Source of the DNA: Candidatus Omnitrophota bacterium
GTDB taxonomy: Bacteria; Omnitrophota; Gorgyraeia; 2-01-FULL-45-10
DNA: 64,000 nt
Assembly (NCBI GenBank): GCA_026387175.1
Contig: JAPLME010000002.1
Coordinates: 12,780 to 76,779, forward strand
Direction: 5' to 3'
The notes under the pieces were generated by a model. The model made no database searches. It was not told the origin of the DNA and saw only the letters and a list, made by a program, of their open reading frames with translations. Below are positions 17,103-26,878 of this stretch, in pieces. The position numbers and the translations under genes are program-made. How positions within the stretch are numbered: the stretch's first letter is position 1; every line of letters starts with the position of its first letter.

Positions 17103-17150
17103 AATGGCAAACTGGGGCCGTCTCAGGGGCCCCAGAGGATCTTCAGATAT

Positions 17151-20100
17151 ATGCCGAATATGAGACGGTTTAAGAGGCATACAATAATTGACAAGTTTAT
17201 ACTTGTCGCTATTGTATGCCTCTTTTTATTCTCAGGCGTCTCATATGGTTTAGCTCCCGCACCGGGAACACAGTCGTTTCTGATCCGCTGGGAATCGAAG
17301 CTTTTGTATATGAGCCGGACGGGGTCTCTCGGGTTTGCCGGTAGCGAAGAGGACAATCTCCGGCTTCATCAAAACGACGCGCAGGTCCTGCTCTTATCTC
17401 CCGAAGGCAGGATACTTGCGGACAACAGCTTAAGGAACGACGTCGCGGGCCTTATAAGGGCTGTCGTCTATGAAGAGGTAAGGGCTGTTATACAAATAAT
17501 GGCCGAAGAAGATCCCTCAGGATATTCTCTCCTCGCGAAGGCGGTCAGTCCGGCAAATGAATCGCTTACGGATCATATTATCGCGAAATCCGTCGAGCTC
17601 ATCACGGCGAGGGATAACGGCCTTCTCTCCGGCGCTTTGACGGAAGAGGAAGCACGGCTCCTCGCGATAGTCGAGCCGATAATTAAATCCAACGCTCACG
17701 GCCGCTTTACGCGTCTCTTCTGGGACGACGCCGCGCGCGCCGATAGGATAAAGCTCGCGATAGCGAACGGCATACACTTTGATGCCGCTCCGGCGGAAGG
17801 CCTTCCCGCGTGGGAGACACGGACCACTCCAAGCCCTTTGCGGAAGGTAGATCCGCATACGTGGTATTATCACAAACGTCTCGTTACGTATCAGGTGCCG
17901 GTGTTTGCGGTCGCGACCGATCAGGGCATAGGCAAGCTTTTAAATCTGCCGGCGCTTGCGAAGAAGAAGAGGGCGGAATTGGGAGTGAACGCCTTCATGC
18001 TGAATCCCATCCATCCGACGATAGACAAGGAGCATTCGCCTTACGCATTTGTTTCCGGATATGCGATTAATGAGCTCTATATCGATTGGCTTGTGGAAGC
18101 GTCCAGGTTCTTCCCTGAACTGGCGGCTGACGAAGATATCCTGGCTCTTCGGCAGCCTGAGCTGGCAAATGCGGATTTCGTCAAATATGAAATACTGGAG
18201 CCGATAGAGAGAAAGGCCGCGGAGAAGGTCTATAGAACTTTTTTGAAGGACAGGAAGTCGGGGCCTGTCCGGCGCCTGGCCGAAGAGTTTGAACGTTTCA
18301 AGAAAAGCCCCGATATGTCCTGGCTCGAGAGTTACGCGGACTTTCGCGCGCTTCACGATATCTATGACAGCGAGCGTTGCAGAAAGACTATCTGGATGGA
18401 GTGGGACGATGACGATAGGATAAGGTCCGGTGCCCGGTATGGAGAATTGAAAGAGCTTTATAAGTTCATGCAATTCCGGGCATACAGCCATTGGTTTGAG
18501 GCAAGGCGCGGATGCGAAGATAGTGGTGTTGCTTTATTTTACGACCATCCATGGTATTGCGGCAGGGACAGCGTCGACGTACGGGATAATCAGAGGTACT
18601 TCAGGGTTCTTGAAAACCCCGGCGTGCATACAAGCACCGGTACGCAGCAATGGGACTGCCTTGTAAGGCACAATTATACGGAGCTTAGCAGGTCCGGATA
18701 CGAGCCGTTTCTCAAGTTCCACAGATATAAGATGGACGTGCTGGGGTTTGCCGGCGGCAGGATAGACGCCGGCCATATGGCTTATAACTGGATGTCGGAA
18801 AGGTACAGGTTCCTTCAGAACGGTGATGAGCCCGGCGATGCGCTCCTCTTGGCGATAAAGCGCGAATTCGATATCAGGAACGCATTTGTCGTAGTGGAAA
18901 ATCTCGGCGCCGCTATGTGGGTGAAAGATAGGATCCAGGCACTGGGATTGAAAACGATGATGGTACTGAGGTGGCCGGATTCGCCTGTCCCGGAGAACAC
19001 AATGGCGTTTCTTACCACACACGACCTGCCCCGGCCTCTCGTCGGATACCCGCAATTTTATCAGGATCGTGGAAGGGACTCAGATGCTCATAAAGAGCTG
19101 TTTAACTGGCTGGCGAATTGCGGCGCAAGAGATATATGCATCGCCGCAGGCGACGAGTACGGGGACTGGCATCGTATAAATGATCCCGGTCTCTCCGCAG
19201 AGCAAAGGATGGATCTGTGCTGGCGCTATATCTTGCCGCGCGACAGCAGTCCGAGGATGCAGTATAAGGATCTCCCCAGCCATATCAACTGGCTCAGTAA
19301 AAATTTCACCGGCTATAACTGGGAACATGTCGATGCGAAGGCTGCGCTCGTTAAAGGGAGAGAAGATGCCGCGAAGATGGTAAAAGAGCTTCGGGCCGTT
19401 TCAAAAGAGACACTCGACGATCTCGCCCAAGATACCGATTTTGACCTGAAGTATGACGAGGGATATAGAAGCCTGGTTCCCGGCGCGCATGGAAAGAGGA
19501 TGGATATTTTCCGGAAGATAATCAACAGGATATCGGAGAGCGGTGAAACGGGCACCTATACCATGTGGCATCATGCCATAATGGGCGACTTCTTCGATTA
19601 TAGCCGCGGCCTGCTTATGTCGATAAGAGGGCTCACCGTAAGCCGGGCGCCGGAAGTGTGGGGCTACATTAGGGAGTTGGAGGATAATATCCGGAGCAAT
19701 ATAAACAGGGAAGAGGCCAATTTCGTTCTTTTGGGATTCATGGCGGAGGTCCTCGAAGGCGCGGCCCTGCGGTCGCCGATGAATGGCGCGGATATTCCGC
19801 GGGACGGATTTAGCGCTACGGTGGCGGATCTTGACCGCAAAGCCGCCTGTTACGAAAGCCGGGGCCAGAGCCTTATCCTCTATGCCGACGATCTTTTAGA
19901 AAACGCGGTTATAGTGGACCTCGGAAATACGCTCAAGAATATCCTTGCCAAACACAATATATTGGAAGGCGGCCGTATAATATTATTCGCGCGTAACGGA
20001 GCGAACGCGAAGATAATGCGCGGGCTCATAAGCGCCGCGGCTCCTGCCATTGAAGTAATTGATATAACTCCCGATCAGCTGCAGGCCGGAAACGATGAAG

Positions 20101-20414
20101 TAAAAGAGGCGGAGGCGCTTCTCCGCCGGGCCCGGGCCAAAGGCGCGGGAGAGGTGCTGGCTTTGATCAGAGGGCCTGCGGCCGAATACGATGGGCTGGC
20201 CTCTTTCGCGAAGTCGGCTTCTCTGCCGATAATCCTGATAGGGAAGGACCATGGACCCTACTCGTTTGCGCTGGCTATAGCGCTTGCGCTCGAGGCCAAA
20301 TTCCGCGATGCGCCGCTTGGCTGGCTAATTTCATTATCGAGGATAGAATCCGATGATGCCGGTTCGCTGTATGAAAGATACCGGCTGTCTCTCCGAAGCC
20401 TTATTTCCGCATAA
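17151..20414 (+). CDS. membrane-anchored 1087-aa protein with central GH77 (4-alpha-glucanotransferase)-like region
   Basis: SPYAFVSGYAINELYIDW, DHPWYCGRDSVDV, VVENLG and FLTTHDLP align with the amylomaltase motifs SPY..SAFAGNPYLID, IGDMPIFVAEDSAEVW, AEDLG and YTGTHDND. The Asp of the RIDHF nucleophile motif may be absent. Confidence 0.6.
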   Translation: MPNMRRFKRHTIIDKFILVAIVCLFLFSGVSYGLAPAPGTQSFLIRWESKLLYMSRTGSLGFAGSEEDNLRLHQNDAQVLLLSPEGRILADNSLRNDVAGLIRAVVYEEVRAVIQIMAEEDPSGYSLLAKAVSPANESLTDHIIAKSVELITARDNGLLSGALTEEEARLLAIVEPIIKSNAHGRFTRLFWDDAARADRIKLAIANGIHFDAAPAEGLPAWETRTTPSPLRKVDPHTWYYHKRLVTYQVPVFAVATDQGIGKLLNLPALAKKKRAELGVNAFMLNPIHPTIDKEHSPYAFVSGYAINELYIDWLVEASRFFPELAADEDILALRQPELANADFVKYEILEPIERKAAEKVYRTFLKDRKSGPVRRLAEEFERFKKSPDMSWLESYADFRALHDIYDSERCRKTIWMEWDDDDRIRSGARYGELKELYKFMQFRAYSHWFEARRGCEDSGVALFYDHPWYCGRDSVDVRDNQRYFRVLENPGVHTSTGTQQWDCLVRHNYTELSRSGYEPFLKFHRYKMDVLGFAGGRIDAGHMAYNWMSERYRFLQNGDEPGDALLLAIKREFDIRNAFVVVENLGAAMWVKDRIQALGLKTMMVLRWPDSPVPENTMAFLTTHDLPRPLVGYPQFYQDRGRDSDAHKELFNWLANCGARDICIAAGDEYGDWHRINDPGLSAEQRMDLCWRYILPRDSSPRMQYKDLPSHINWLSKNFTGYNWEHVDAKAALVKGREDAAKMVKELRAVSKETLDDLAQDTDFDLKYDEGYRSLVPGAHGKRMDIFRKIINRISESGETGTYTMWHHAIMGDFFDYSRGLLMSIRGLTVSRAPEVWGYIRELEDNIRSNINREEANFVLLGFMAEVLEGAALRSPMNGADIPRDGFSATVADLDRKAACYESRGQSLILYADDLLENAVIVDLGNTLKNILAKHNILEGGRIILFARNGANAKIMRGLISAAAPAIEVIDITPDQLQAGNDEVKEAEALLRRARAKGAGEVLALIRGPAAEYDGLASFAKSASLPIILIGKDHGPYSFALAIALALEAKFRDAPLGWLISLSRIESDDAGSLYERYRLSLRSLISA

Positions 20415-21884
20415 ATGCGATCCATAAACTGGCCCGATAGAATTAACTTCCCCTTAGCCTTCTCGCTAGTCTTCCTTTTACTGGGCTTCATAGGCATCGT
20501 CCATCATGAAATGTGGCGCGACGAATTACAGGCATGGATGATCGCCAGAGACAACACATCCCTCGCCGGCCTCGTATCTACTGTCAGATACGAGGGCCAC
20601 CCGATATTCTGGTACCTGGGACTTTACGCGATAACGAGGTTCACTCATAACCCTTTCGCGATGCAGGTATTCCATATATTGATCGCATCCGCCGGCATAT
20701 GGGTCTTCGCCAGGTTCTCGCCGTTTACTAAATTGCAGAAGGCCCTCTTCGCCTTCGGGTTCTTCCCGTTTTATGAATACGCCATAAAAAGCAGGGGATA
20801 TGCGCTGGGGATCCTTCTACTCTTCCTCTTCTGCGTATTTTATAAAGACCGTTCAAAGAAATATATTCTGATTTCCTGCGTCCTGTTCATAATGTGCCAG
20901 ACGAGCGTTTTGGGCCTCTTAATAGCCATATCTCTTCAGGCAATGCTTATCTTCGAGCTTCTTTCCGACGGTGCTTTCAGAAAAAATATCAATAAATTAG
21001 CGGTAGCGGTCATGCTAATAATATTTTTAGCCGGAATAGCCGCATCCTTATGGCAGATCATGCCGCCCGGCGACAGCACTTTCGCCGCTAACTGGCACTT
21101 GCAATTTGACGGCCTCCGCATGGAAAGGATCTTTAGCCTCCTCTCCCGGGCATACCTCTGTTCGCCGTATTACTGGTGCTTCGATCTGAACTCCGGCGCA
21201 TATCAGGCGGAGACGTTATTTCCTAATCTATGCCTATCCGCGGCGCTATTTCTCTTTATCTCCATGCTCTTCCGCAGCAAGCCGAAGATCCTCTTCCTGT
21301 ATATTTGCGGCACGGCGGTATTTTTAACATTCTTTTATGTAAAATACGGCGGATTTTCATGGCACCATGGCCATCTCTATATTCTATTGATAGCGTGTTT
21401 CTGGCTGTCCGCCTTCTACCCCGATACGCCTATTCGCAAAAGATTAGGGACCATCTTCGTCACAATAATTTTAGCCATACACTTTTATCAGGGTGCCATG
21501 GTATATGCTAAGGATTACTCTTATCCGTTTTCCGCATCTAAGGATGCGGCGCGGTTCATCGAAGATAGCGGGCTCAAGAGCATGCTGATAGCCGGAGACC
21601 TGGATTATGCCGTCTCGCCTATAGCCGGATATCTAGATAAGAAGATTTACTATTTAAGGGAGGGGAGATTCGCCACATATGTCCAATGGGACGACACCTG
21701 CCGGAAAGATTATGATCCTGCAAAGCTTCGTGAAGAGCCCGCCCTGCAGAATAAGAAGTCCCTGCTAGTGGTAAATGAAGATTTAAAAGTCCTGCCCGGC
21801 TATATGACGAAAGTCAAAGAGTTCACCAGTTCCATGGTCCCGGACGAGAAATATTACCTCTACCTGCTGGATTTCGAGAAATAA
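20415..21884 (+). CDS. polytopic membrane protein (GT-C/ArnT/PMT-like glycosyltransferase fold candidate), translationally coupled to the upstream gene
   Basis: TAA-ATG junction. About 11 hydrophobic helices. Confidence 0.6.
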   Translation: MRSINWPDRINFPLAFSLVFLLLGFIGIVHHEMWRDELQAWMIARDNTSLAGLVSTVRYEGHPIFWYLGLYAITRFTHNPFAMQVFHILIASAGIWVFARFSPFTKLQKALFAFGFFPFYEYAIKSRGYALGILLLFLFCVFYKDRSKKYILISCVLFIMCQTSVLGLLIAISLQAMLIFELLSDGAFRKNINKLAVAVMLIIFLAGIAASLWQIMPPGDSTFAANWHLQFDGLRMERIFSLLSRAYLCSPYYWCFDLNSGAYQAETLFPNLCLSAALFLFISMLFRSKPKILFLYICGTAVFLTFFYVKYGGFSWHHGHLYILLIACFWLSAFYPDTPIRKRLGTIFVTIILAIHFYQGAMVYAKDYSYPFSASKDAARFIEDSGLKSMLIAGDLDYAVSPIAGYLDKKIYYLREGRFATYVQWDDTCRKDYDPAKLREEPALQNKKSLLVVNEDLKVLPGYMTKVKEFTSSMVPDEKYYLYLLDFEK

Positions 21885-21897
21885 TCCCCCTGACTTT

Positions 21898-22035
21898 ATG
21901 TTTCAGCTGAACGAAGAGGAGTATGAAATCTTGAAGTCGCAATTTGCGACCTCAAAATCCTTGACGATTGGTAGTTATGTGATAGAGTTTAGTAGGATAG
22001 CCCAAGAGAATGTTAAAATAAAAAGGAGGGAAGGT
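21898..22035 (+). pseudogene. ORF6N-like gene fragment (MFQLNEEEYEILKSQFATS matches MFQVTKEENLRLQFATS of 13017-13520), probably a remnant and not an independent gene
   Basis: About 60 nt of nucleotide homology ending just after the shared palindrome. Confidence 0.4.
21930..21954 (+). repeat. Near-perfect palindrome TTGAAGTCGCAA-T-TTGCGACCTCAA (copy 2)
   Basis: Homologous to 13204-13230. Confidence 0.7.
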
Positions 22036-22287
22036 ATGGCAGAAAATGAGAATGAAGTAAAAAATGCGGCAGGTGAAAGCAAAAGCGATAAGTTTAAAAG
22101 GCTTGCTTCAAAGAGGGTAGTAAACGCGATACAGAAGATCGAGCTTATAACGAATCTCGCGGCTTCCAGTTACGAATCGACCCCCGAGGAGGTGGCGAAG
22201 ATCCTGACCGCACTGCAGGGCTCAGTGGATAAGGTTAAGGCGGCATTTTCCAAGCAGAAGATCGACAAGACGACATTTAAGCTATAA
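22036..22287 (+). CDS. hypothetical 83-aa protein
   Basis: Strong SD AAAAGGAGGGAAGG before ATG 22036. Confidence 0.45.
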   Translation: MAENENEVKNAAGESKSDKFKRLASKRVVNAIQKIELITNLAASSYESTPEEVAKILTALQGSVDKVKAAFSKQKIDKTTFKL

Positions 22288-22317
22288 ATTATCATAGGAC
22301 ATGGAGCTGGAGGGCAA

Positions 22318-22701
22318 ATGGCTAAAAAGGTTTTAGTGGTAGATGATGAACCGGATATACTGGAAATGCTTGGGATCCGATTAGAAAGCAATGGTTATAC
22401 GGTTATTACGGCATTTAACAAAGAAGGGTGTTTTAAAAAAGCTACCGAGGAAAATCCGGATCTTATCTTGTTAGATGTTTTGTTGCCGGGGATAGGCGGG
22501 CTTGAAATATGCAAGCTTCTTAAAAAAGATGCTAAAATGAAAGATATCCCGGTTATTATTATAACGGCGTTGATCGGAGAATCGGCTGTTGAGGCAGGAT
22601 TAGAAAGCGGAGCGGTCTGCGTAATAAGTAAACCGTTTGATCCCGCAGATCTTTTAGAGAAAATAGCGGATGTTCTTAAATCCGATCATGAGATAGTGTA
22701 A
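22318..22701 (+). CDS. stand-alone receiver-domain response regulator
   Basis: VLVVDDEPDILE...DLILLDVLLPG. Confidence 0.85.
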   Translation: MAKKVLVVDDEPDILEMLGIRLESNGYTVITAFNKEGCFKKATEENPDLILLDVLLPGIGGLEICKLLKKDAKMKDIPVIIITALIGESAVEAGLESGAVCVISKPFDPADLLEKIADVLKSDHEIV

Positions 22702-22719
22702 TAAAAACGCAAGGAGGCA

Positions 22720-23079
22720 ATGATAATGATGAAGAAGGCGGTGGCGGCGCTATTGGTTTTCGTGGTAATAATTTTTAATGCGGCTCCGGGATATTGCGAA
22801 ACCCCGGCTTTCAGAAAATTCAGGCGGGGTTTTTGTAACATGCTGACTTTCCATATGGAGATCGGACAACAGATGGAAGCTGTAGGTGATGCACACGGCA
22901 ATGGCTGGGCCGTAACCGTTGGCCTGACAAGAGGCATTCTTATGTCTGCGGCAAGGCTGCTCACAGGGGTGTACGAGACGGTTACATTTCCGGTGCCTTT
23001 TCCTGCCGAGTATAAGCCGATAATGAAAAAACCTGAGTTTTTCTGGACGGAACCATTCGCGGAGGCGCCGGGTAAATAA
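22720..23079 (+). CDS. small secreted protein
   Basis: Signal peptide. Confidence 0.5.
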   Translation: MIMMKKAVAALLVFVVIIFNAAPGYCETPAFRKFRRGFCNMLTFHMEIGQQMEAVGDAHGNGWAVTVGLTRGILMSAARLLTGVYETVTFPVPFPAEYKPIMKKPEFFWTEPFAEAPGK

Positions 23080-23098
23080 ACTAAGCTAATTAGGCAAT

Positions 23099-24112
23099 AT
23101 GCAAAAAGTCCGATATGAGCTCGATCCGTATAACAGGCTCGTCCTCGCCGGCACCGGCGCGAAGAGCGATCTCCCGAAATTCCGGCAAGTCCTGGACGGC
23201 AAATTCAAGACGGATGAAAATAATAGCCTCTCCTACCACGTAAAAGCGCCCCTTTCGAAAGACGATAATATACCCAATCAGATCAAGCTCTCCGGCGAAT
23301 GGTCCCTCACGGATGACCATGAATTGCGCCTGACATTGGACAAGTCAGCCAGAGAGACTTTCGGCGATCAGGTAACCTTGCAGGGAGATATCTTAGATGT
23401 AGATAAAAATTCTCTCTTATTCGCCGTCACGACCGCCGCGAAAGAGGGTACGCGATCGACATATATCTTGAATATCGCCGGATCATGGAAGGCCGACGAG
23501 AATAACAGGATCTCTTTTCATGTAAAGAGGGAAGGCGGCAGATACGATATCCTCACCTTCGACGGCATGTGGGAGGCTAATAAAGATCATCAGATCGTAT
23601 ATCGATACGAGAAGGCGAAGCTTGCACGAAAAAAACGGCAAACCCACACGGTGATATTCAAAGGATATTGGGACATAAAGGATAAGGTCAGGCTCTCCTA
23701 TGCATTAAGCGGAGATACCGATTCCGTATTCGATTTCAAAACAAGCGCAGGCCTTTTTAAAAAAGACTACATCCAATACGAAGTGGGCATAGGTCTGACG
23801 GATCGTAAGAAACCGGCAACGCGAACCGTTAAATTATCGGGTAAATGGAACCTGAAAAAAGACGTCGGCCTGGTCTTTGAGATCGAGTATGAAGATAAGC
23901 CCGCAAAAGCGATAATCTTCGGCGCGGATATAAGGCTCGCCGGCAGAGACGCGATATCGTTCAGGCTCAAGAGCGGTGTCGGGAATAAAGACATGGGCAT
24001 CGACCTGGAACTGTCGCGCGAGATATTTAACGGCGAAGGCGAGGTTTTCTTGAAGGCCCTTGTGTCGGGAAGAGAATCGGCCATCTGCGCTGGAGCCGCG
24101 TGGAGGTGGTAG
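23099..24112 (+). CDS. hypothetical 337-aa protein with internally repeated beta-rich segments
   Basis: Long ORF with repeated W/K-rich motifs. Confidence 0.5.
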   Translation: MQKVRYELDPYNRLVLAGTGAKSDLPKFRQVLDGKFKTDENNSLSYHVKAPLSKDDNIPNQIKLSGEWSLTDDHELRLTLDKSARETFGDQVTLQGDILDVDKNSLLFAVTTAAKEGTRSTYILNIAGSWKADENNRISFHVKREGGRYDILTFDGMWEANKDHQIVYRYEKAKLARKKRQTHTVIFKGYWDIKDKVRLSYALSGDTDSVFDFKTSAGLFKKDYIQYEVGIGLTDRKKPATRTVKLSGKWNLKKDVGLVFEIEYEDKPAKAIIFGADIRLAGRDAISFRLKSGVGNKDMGIDLELSREIFNGEGEVFLKALVSGRESAICAGAAWRW

Positions 24113-24128
24113 TTGGAAGTGTAATTAC

Positions 24129-24158
24129 TTTGCCTTCCGGGCCGGCTTTTTGTATAAT
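24129..24158 (+). promoter_or_regulatory. sigma70 promoter TTGCCT-N18-TGTATAAT; ATG 10 nt after the -10 box (leaderless)
   Basis: -35/-10 boxes with extended TG. Confidence 0.5.
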
Positions 24159-24167
24159 GTTACAGGT

Positions 24168-24713
24168 ATGAGAAAGACCGTTCCATTAGATATCGCGTAC
24201 AGGCTGTTAGGTTCCGGGCCGGTGGTCCTGGTGAGTTCGCTATTGGGTAAAAGGGCCGCCCTTACTCCGATAGCCTGGAACATGCCGATATCTGACGATC
24301 CTCCGGTAGTGGCCCTCGAGATATGGAGGGACCATTTCGTATATAAGGCAATTCTCAAGACCGGCGATTTCGTAATCAATATACCTTCGAGCGATATGGC
24401 CGAGATCGTGCGCGGGCTCGGAAGCGTCTCCGGAGCTAAAGTCGATAAATTCGAGAAGTATGGCCTCGATAAAGAACCGTCGAAGAAAGTTAAATCACCC
24501 CGTCTTAGATCTGCCATAGGAATTCTTGAATGCAAGCTTCGCAGAGATAAGCATCTCCTTAATAAATACAATATAGTTGTCGGCGACGTGGTCTATGCCG
24601 AGGCCGAAAAGAGTATTTTTACAGACAGATGGCACCCTGAGAAGAAAGGGCCGAGACTGCTTCATCACCTCGGAGGCAGGATATTTTACGCTCCGGAAAG
24701 ACGTATAATCTAA
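24168..24713 (+). CDS. flavin reductase-like FMN-binding domain protein
   Basis: PVVLVSS...LTPIAWNMPIS...VVALEI core. Start at ATG 24168 rather than the overlapping upstream track start. Confidence 0.7.
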   Translation: MRKTVPLDIAYRLLGSGPVVLVSSLLGKRAALTPIAWNMPISDDPPVVALEIWRDHFVYKAILKTGDFVINIPSSDMAEIVRGLGSVSGAKVDKFEKYGLDKEPSKKVKSPRLRSAIGILECKLRRDKHLLNKYNIVVGDVVYAEAEKSIFTDRWHPEKKGPRLLHHLGGRIFYAPERRII

Positions 24714-24733
24714 ATTAACCAAAGGAGGATAGT

Positions 24734-25036
24734 GTGAATAGACGTATAGCAGTAGTGATATTAACGTTGTGCATATGCGCTGGAATCGCATGTGCGGCCG
24801 ATGATAGCACGAAGGCCGCGTCCGAAGATAAAGATCTCGGAACAAAGACCGTCAACACCGTCACCGATACCGCAAAATCCGCCGTGGACGGTACGACGAA
24901 TACAATAAAGACTTCCGTGAGCGATACGGCCGCCGCGCCGAAGACCGCCATTCAGGCCGTCAAGGATACCGCGAACACGGCTTTAAATCATGCCGACGCG
25001 GTTATGAAGACAATCACCGGCGAAGATACTAAGTAA
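24734..25036 (+). CDS. small secreted Thr/Ala-rich protein
   Basis: Signal peptide. SD GGAGGATAG upstream. Confidence 0.5.
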   Translation: MNRRIAVVILTLCICAGIACAADDSTKAASEDKDLGTKTVNTVTDTAKSAVDGTTNTIKTSVSDTAAAPKTAIQAVKDTANTALNHADAVMKTITGEDTK

Positions 25037-25056
25037 ATCGCAGTTCTGGCTCAAGT

Positions 25057-25085
25057 TTGACAACTAACTATTTATAGGATACAAT
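25057..25085 (+). promoter_or_regulatory. sigma70 promoter TTGACA-N17-TACAAT; ATG 25092 lies 7 nt after the -10 box (leaderless)
   Basis: Consensus boxes and spacing. Confidence 0.55.
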
Positions 25086-25091
25086 CTAAAC

Positions 25092-25625
25092 ATGATTAAT
25101 AAACAGATGAAATCAATCTATTACGGTATTATATTGGCAATGGGGTTATCTTTAGCGTGCGCCGCTTCTTCTTCAGCAGAAGAGAAAGGCGACGAGTCCA
25201 TATTTAAATACAAAAAAGAGCTCTCTATCACAGATAAGCAGGAGAAGAACCTTCGCGATATCCTTACAAAGTTCCAGGACTTTATGACGGCAAAGCAGAA
25301 AGAGGTCGATGCCCTTAGCGCTGACCTCAATAAGTTGGTCACGGAGAAAGGGGACCTGAGCAAAATAAAAGCAAAACTTCAGAGTATATCCCGTATCCAG
25401 GCGGACGCGACTTACCAGGATATAGTGAGCACCAGAGCCATAGAGAAAGAGCTCTCCGCGGACCAGATAAACAAGTGGCGCGCCATGCAGGAGGAATTCA
25501 GGAAGAGCCAGCAGCAAGCGCAGGCGATGGCGGCTAAAGCAAAAGAGGATGTGGCACAACCGAAAGCAGAACAGCCGAAAATAGAAGGAAAAGTGGAAGG
25601 GATTGTCCCTAAGAAAACTAAGTAA
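25092..25625 (+). CDS. periplasmic protein with coiled-coil / Spy-CpxP-like character
   Basis: Signal peptide and charged helical repeats. The family call is weak. Confidence 0.5.
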   Translation: MINKQMKSIYYGIILAMGLSLACAASSSAEEKGDESIFKYKKELSITDKQEKNLRDILTKFQDFMTAKQKEVDALSADLNKLVTEKGDLSKIKAKLQSISRIQADATYQDIVSTRAIEKELSADQINKWRAMQEEFRKSQQQAQAMAAKAKEDVAQPKAEQPKIEGKVEGIVPKKTK

Positions 25626-25648
25626 ACATAACGGAAGGAGGAAGTGAC

Positions 25649-25951
25649 GTGCAGAAAAACATAGTACCCGTATTAGTAGTCATATGCATAATTTTAATCA
25701 GCGTTCTCGTGATCAGTTCGAGCGCAAATGGGGTAAAGCTGAAAAAGGCCCAGGCACAGGTTATCGTATTAAACAATACGATTGTGCAGAAGGATGCGGA
25801 GATAATAAGGCTTAACAGTGTATTGCAGGTGAAGCAGCAGGCTCTCGACAGCATGAATAGAGAGATGGAGAATGTAAAGACGGAATTAAGTAATACCGTA
25901 ATAAGGCTCCAGGCCCTGCCTGCCGCGCAAAAAAGCGCCGCCACCAGATAG
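25649..25951 (+). CDS. membrane-anchored coiled-coil protein (100 aa)
   Basis: N-terminal TM helix. SD GGAAGGAGGAAG. Confidence 0.5.
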   Translation: MQKNIVPVLVVICIILISVLVISSSANGVKLKKAQAQVIVLNNTIVQKDAEIIRLNSVLQVKQQALDSMNREMENVKTELSNTVIRLQALPAAQKSAATR

Positions 25952-25968
25952 CGATAGTTTGAAAGGCA

Positions 25969-26022
25969 GGGACTGTCCCAACGTGTCTTCTAAGTGTTGA
26001 ATGGGACTGTCCCGCTTTTCTC
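25969..26022 (+). terminator. Terminator built from two GGGACTGTCCC palindromes plus a T-tract
   Basis: Same architecture as 4805-4856. Confidence 0.5.
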
Positions 26023-26041
26023 TATATGCGGAGGTGTCCAT

Positions 26042-26839
26042 ATGAAGAAATGGATATTTGCGGTAGTATGGATTTTAGCGATACTTTTGATATTAGGTAT
26101 GGCCAAAGATCTGGTCATAAAATTTGCGGTCGAGTCGGGGGCGCGGATAGTAACGGGCCTTAATCTGAAGATAGGGGTTTTCAGGGTCGGCATATTTAAC
26201 ACCCTTGTGGACATCAGGAACCTGCGTATATTAAATCCGGCGGGTTTCAAAGATAAGATGATGCTCGATATGCCTGAGATTTATGTTAAGTATGACCTTC
26301 CGGCTATCTTTAAAGGGAAGATATATTTAAAAGAAGTGCGTATAAATATGAAAGAGTTCGTCGTAGTTAAGAACGAGAAGGGCGAATTAAATCTCAACTC
26401 CCTTAGGGTGGTAAAAGCCCAGAAATCCGGCAGTTCACCCAAGGTTCAGGCCGGCGGGAAGGCTCCGGAAATACAAATAGATAAGTTGCGCCTCAAGGCA
26501 GGTAAGGTCATATATAAGGATTACTCCTCCGGCGGCGTTCCGCGTATAATAGAATATAATATTAATATAGACGAAGAATATCGGGATATAACCGATCCTT
26601 ATACTTTAGTGAGCCTTATCGTGGCGAGGTCCCTTATGAACACATCGATAGCGAACTTGACGAATTTCGATCTTAATGGTTTGAGCAGTTCAGTTTCCGG
26701 TGTTCTCGCGAATGCCCAGCAGGTTACCGATACGGCAAAAGCGGCGACTGAGGCCGTTAAGAATGTTCAGGGCACGGCATCGAAGGCTGCCAGTGCCGTG
26801 AGTGACGTGCTCGGTGATGTGTTTGGATCGAAGAAGTAG
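26042..26839 (+). CDS. hypothetical membrane-anchored protein (266 aa)
   Basis: SD GGAGGTG before ATG 26042. N-terminal TM helix. Confidence 0.55.
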   Translation: MKKWIFAVVWILAILLILGMAKDLVIKFAVESGARIVTGLNLKIGVFRVGIFNTLVDIRNLRILNPAGFKDKMMLDMPEIYVKYDLPAIFKGKIYLKEVRINMKEFVVVKNEKGELNLNSLRVVKAQKSGSSPKVQAGGKAPEIQIDKLRLKAGKVIYKDYSSGGVPRIIEYNINIDEEYRDITDPYTLVSLIVARSLMNTSIANLTNFDLNGLSSSVSGVLANAQQVTDTAKAATEAVKNVQGTASKAASAVSDVLGDVFGSKK

Positions 26840-26878
26840 CGGAATTATCCTCCCTTAAGACTAAACGCGGAAAATAAT

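Noticed and set aside
17517-19555. Minus-strand ORFs 17517-17873, 17940-18491 and 18534-19055 inside the GH77-like gene
   Set aside because: Embedded in an uninterrupted 3.3-kb + strand ORF, with no RBS. Shadow frames.
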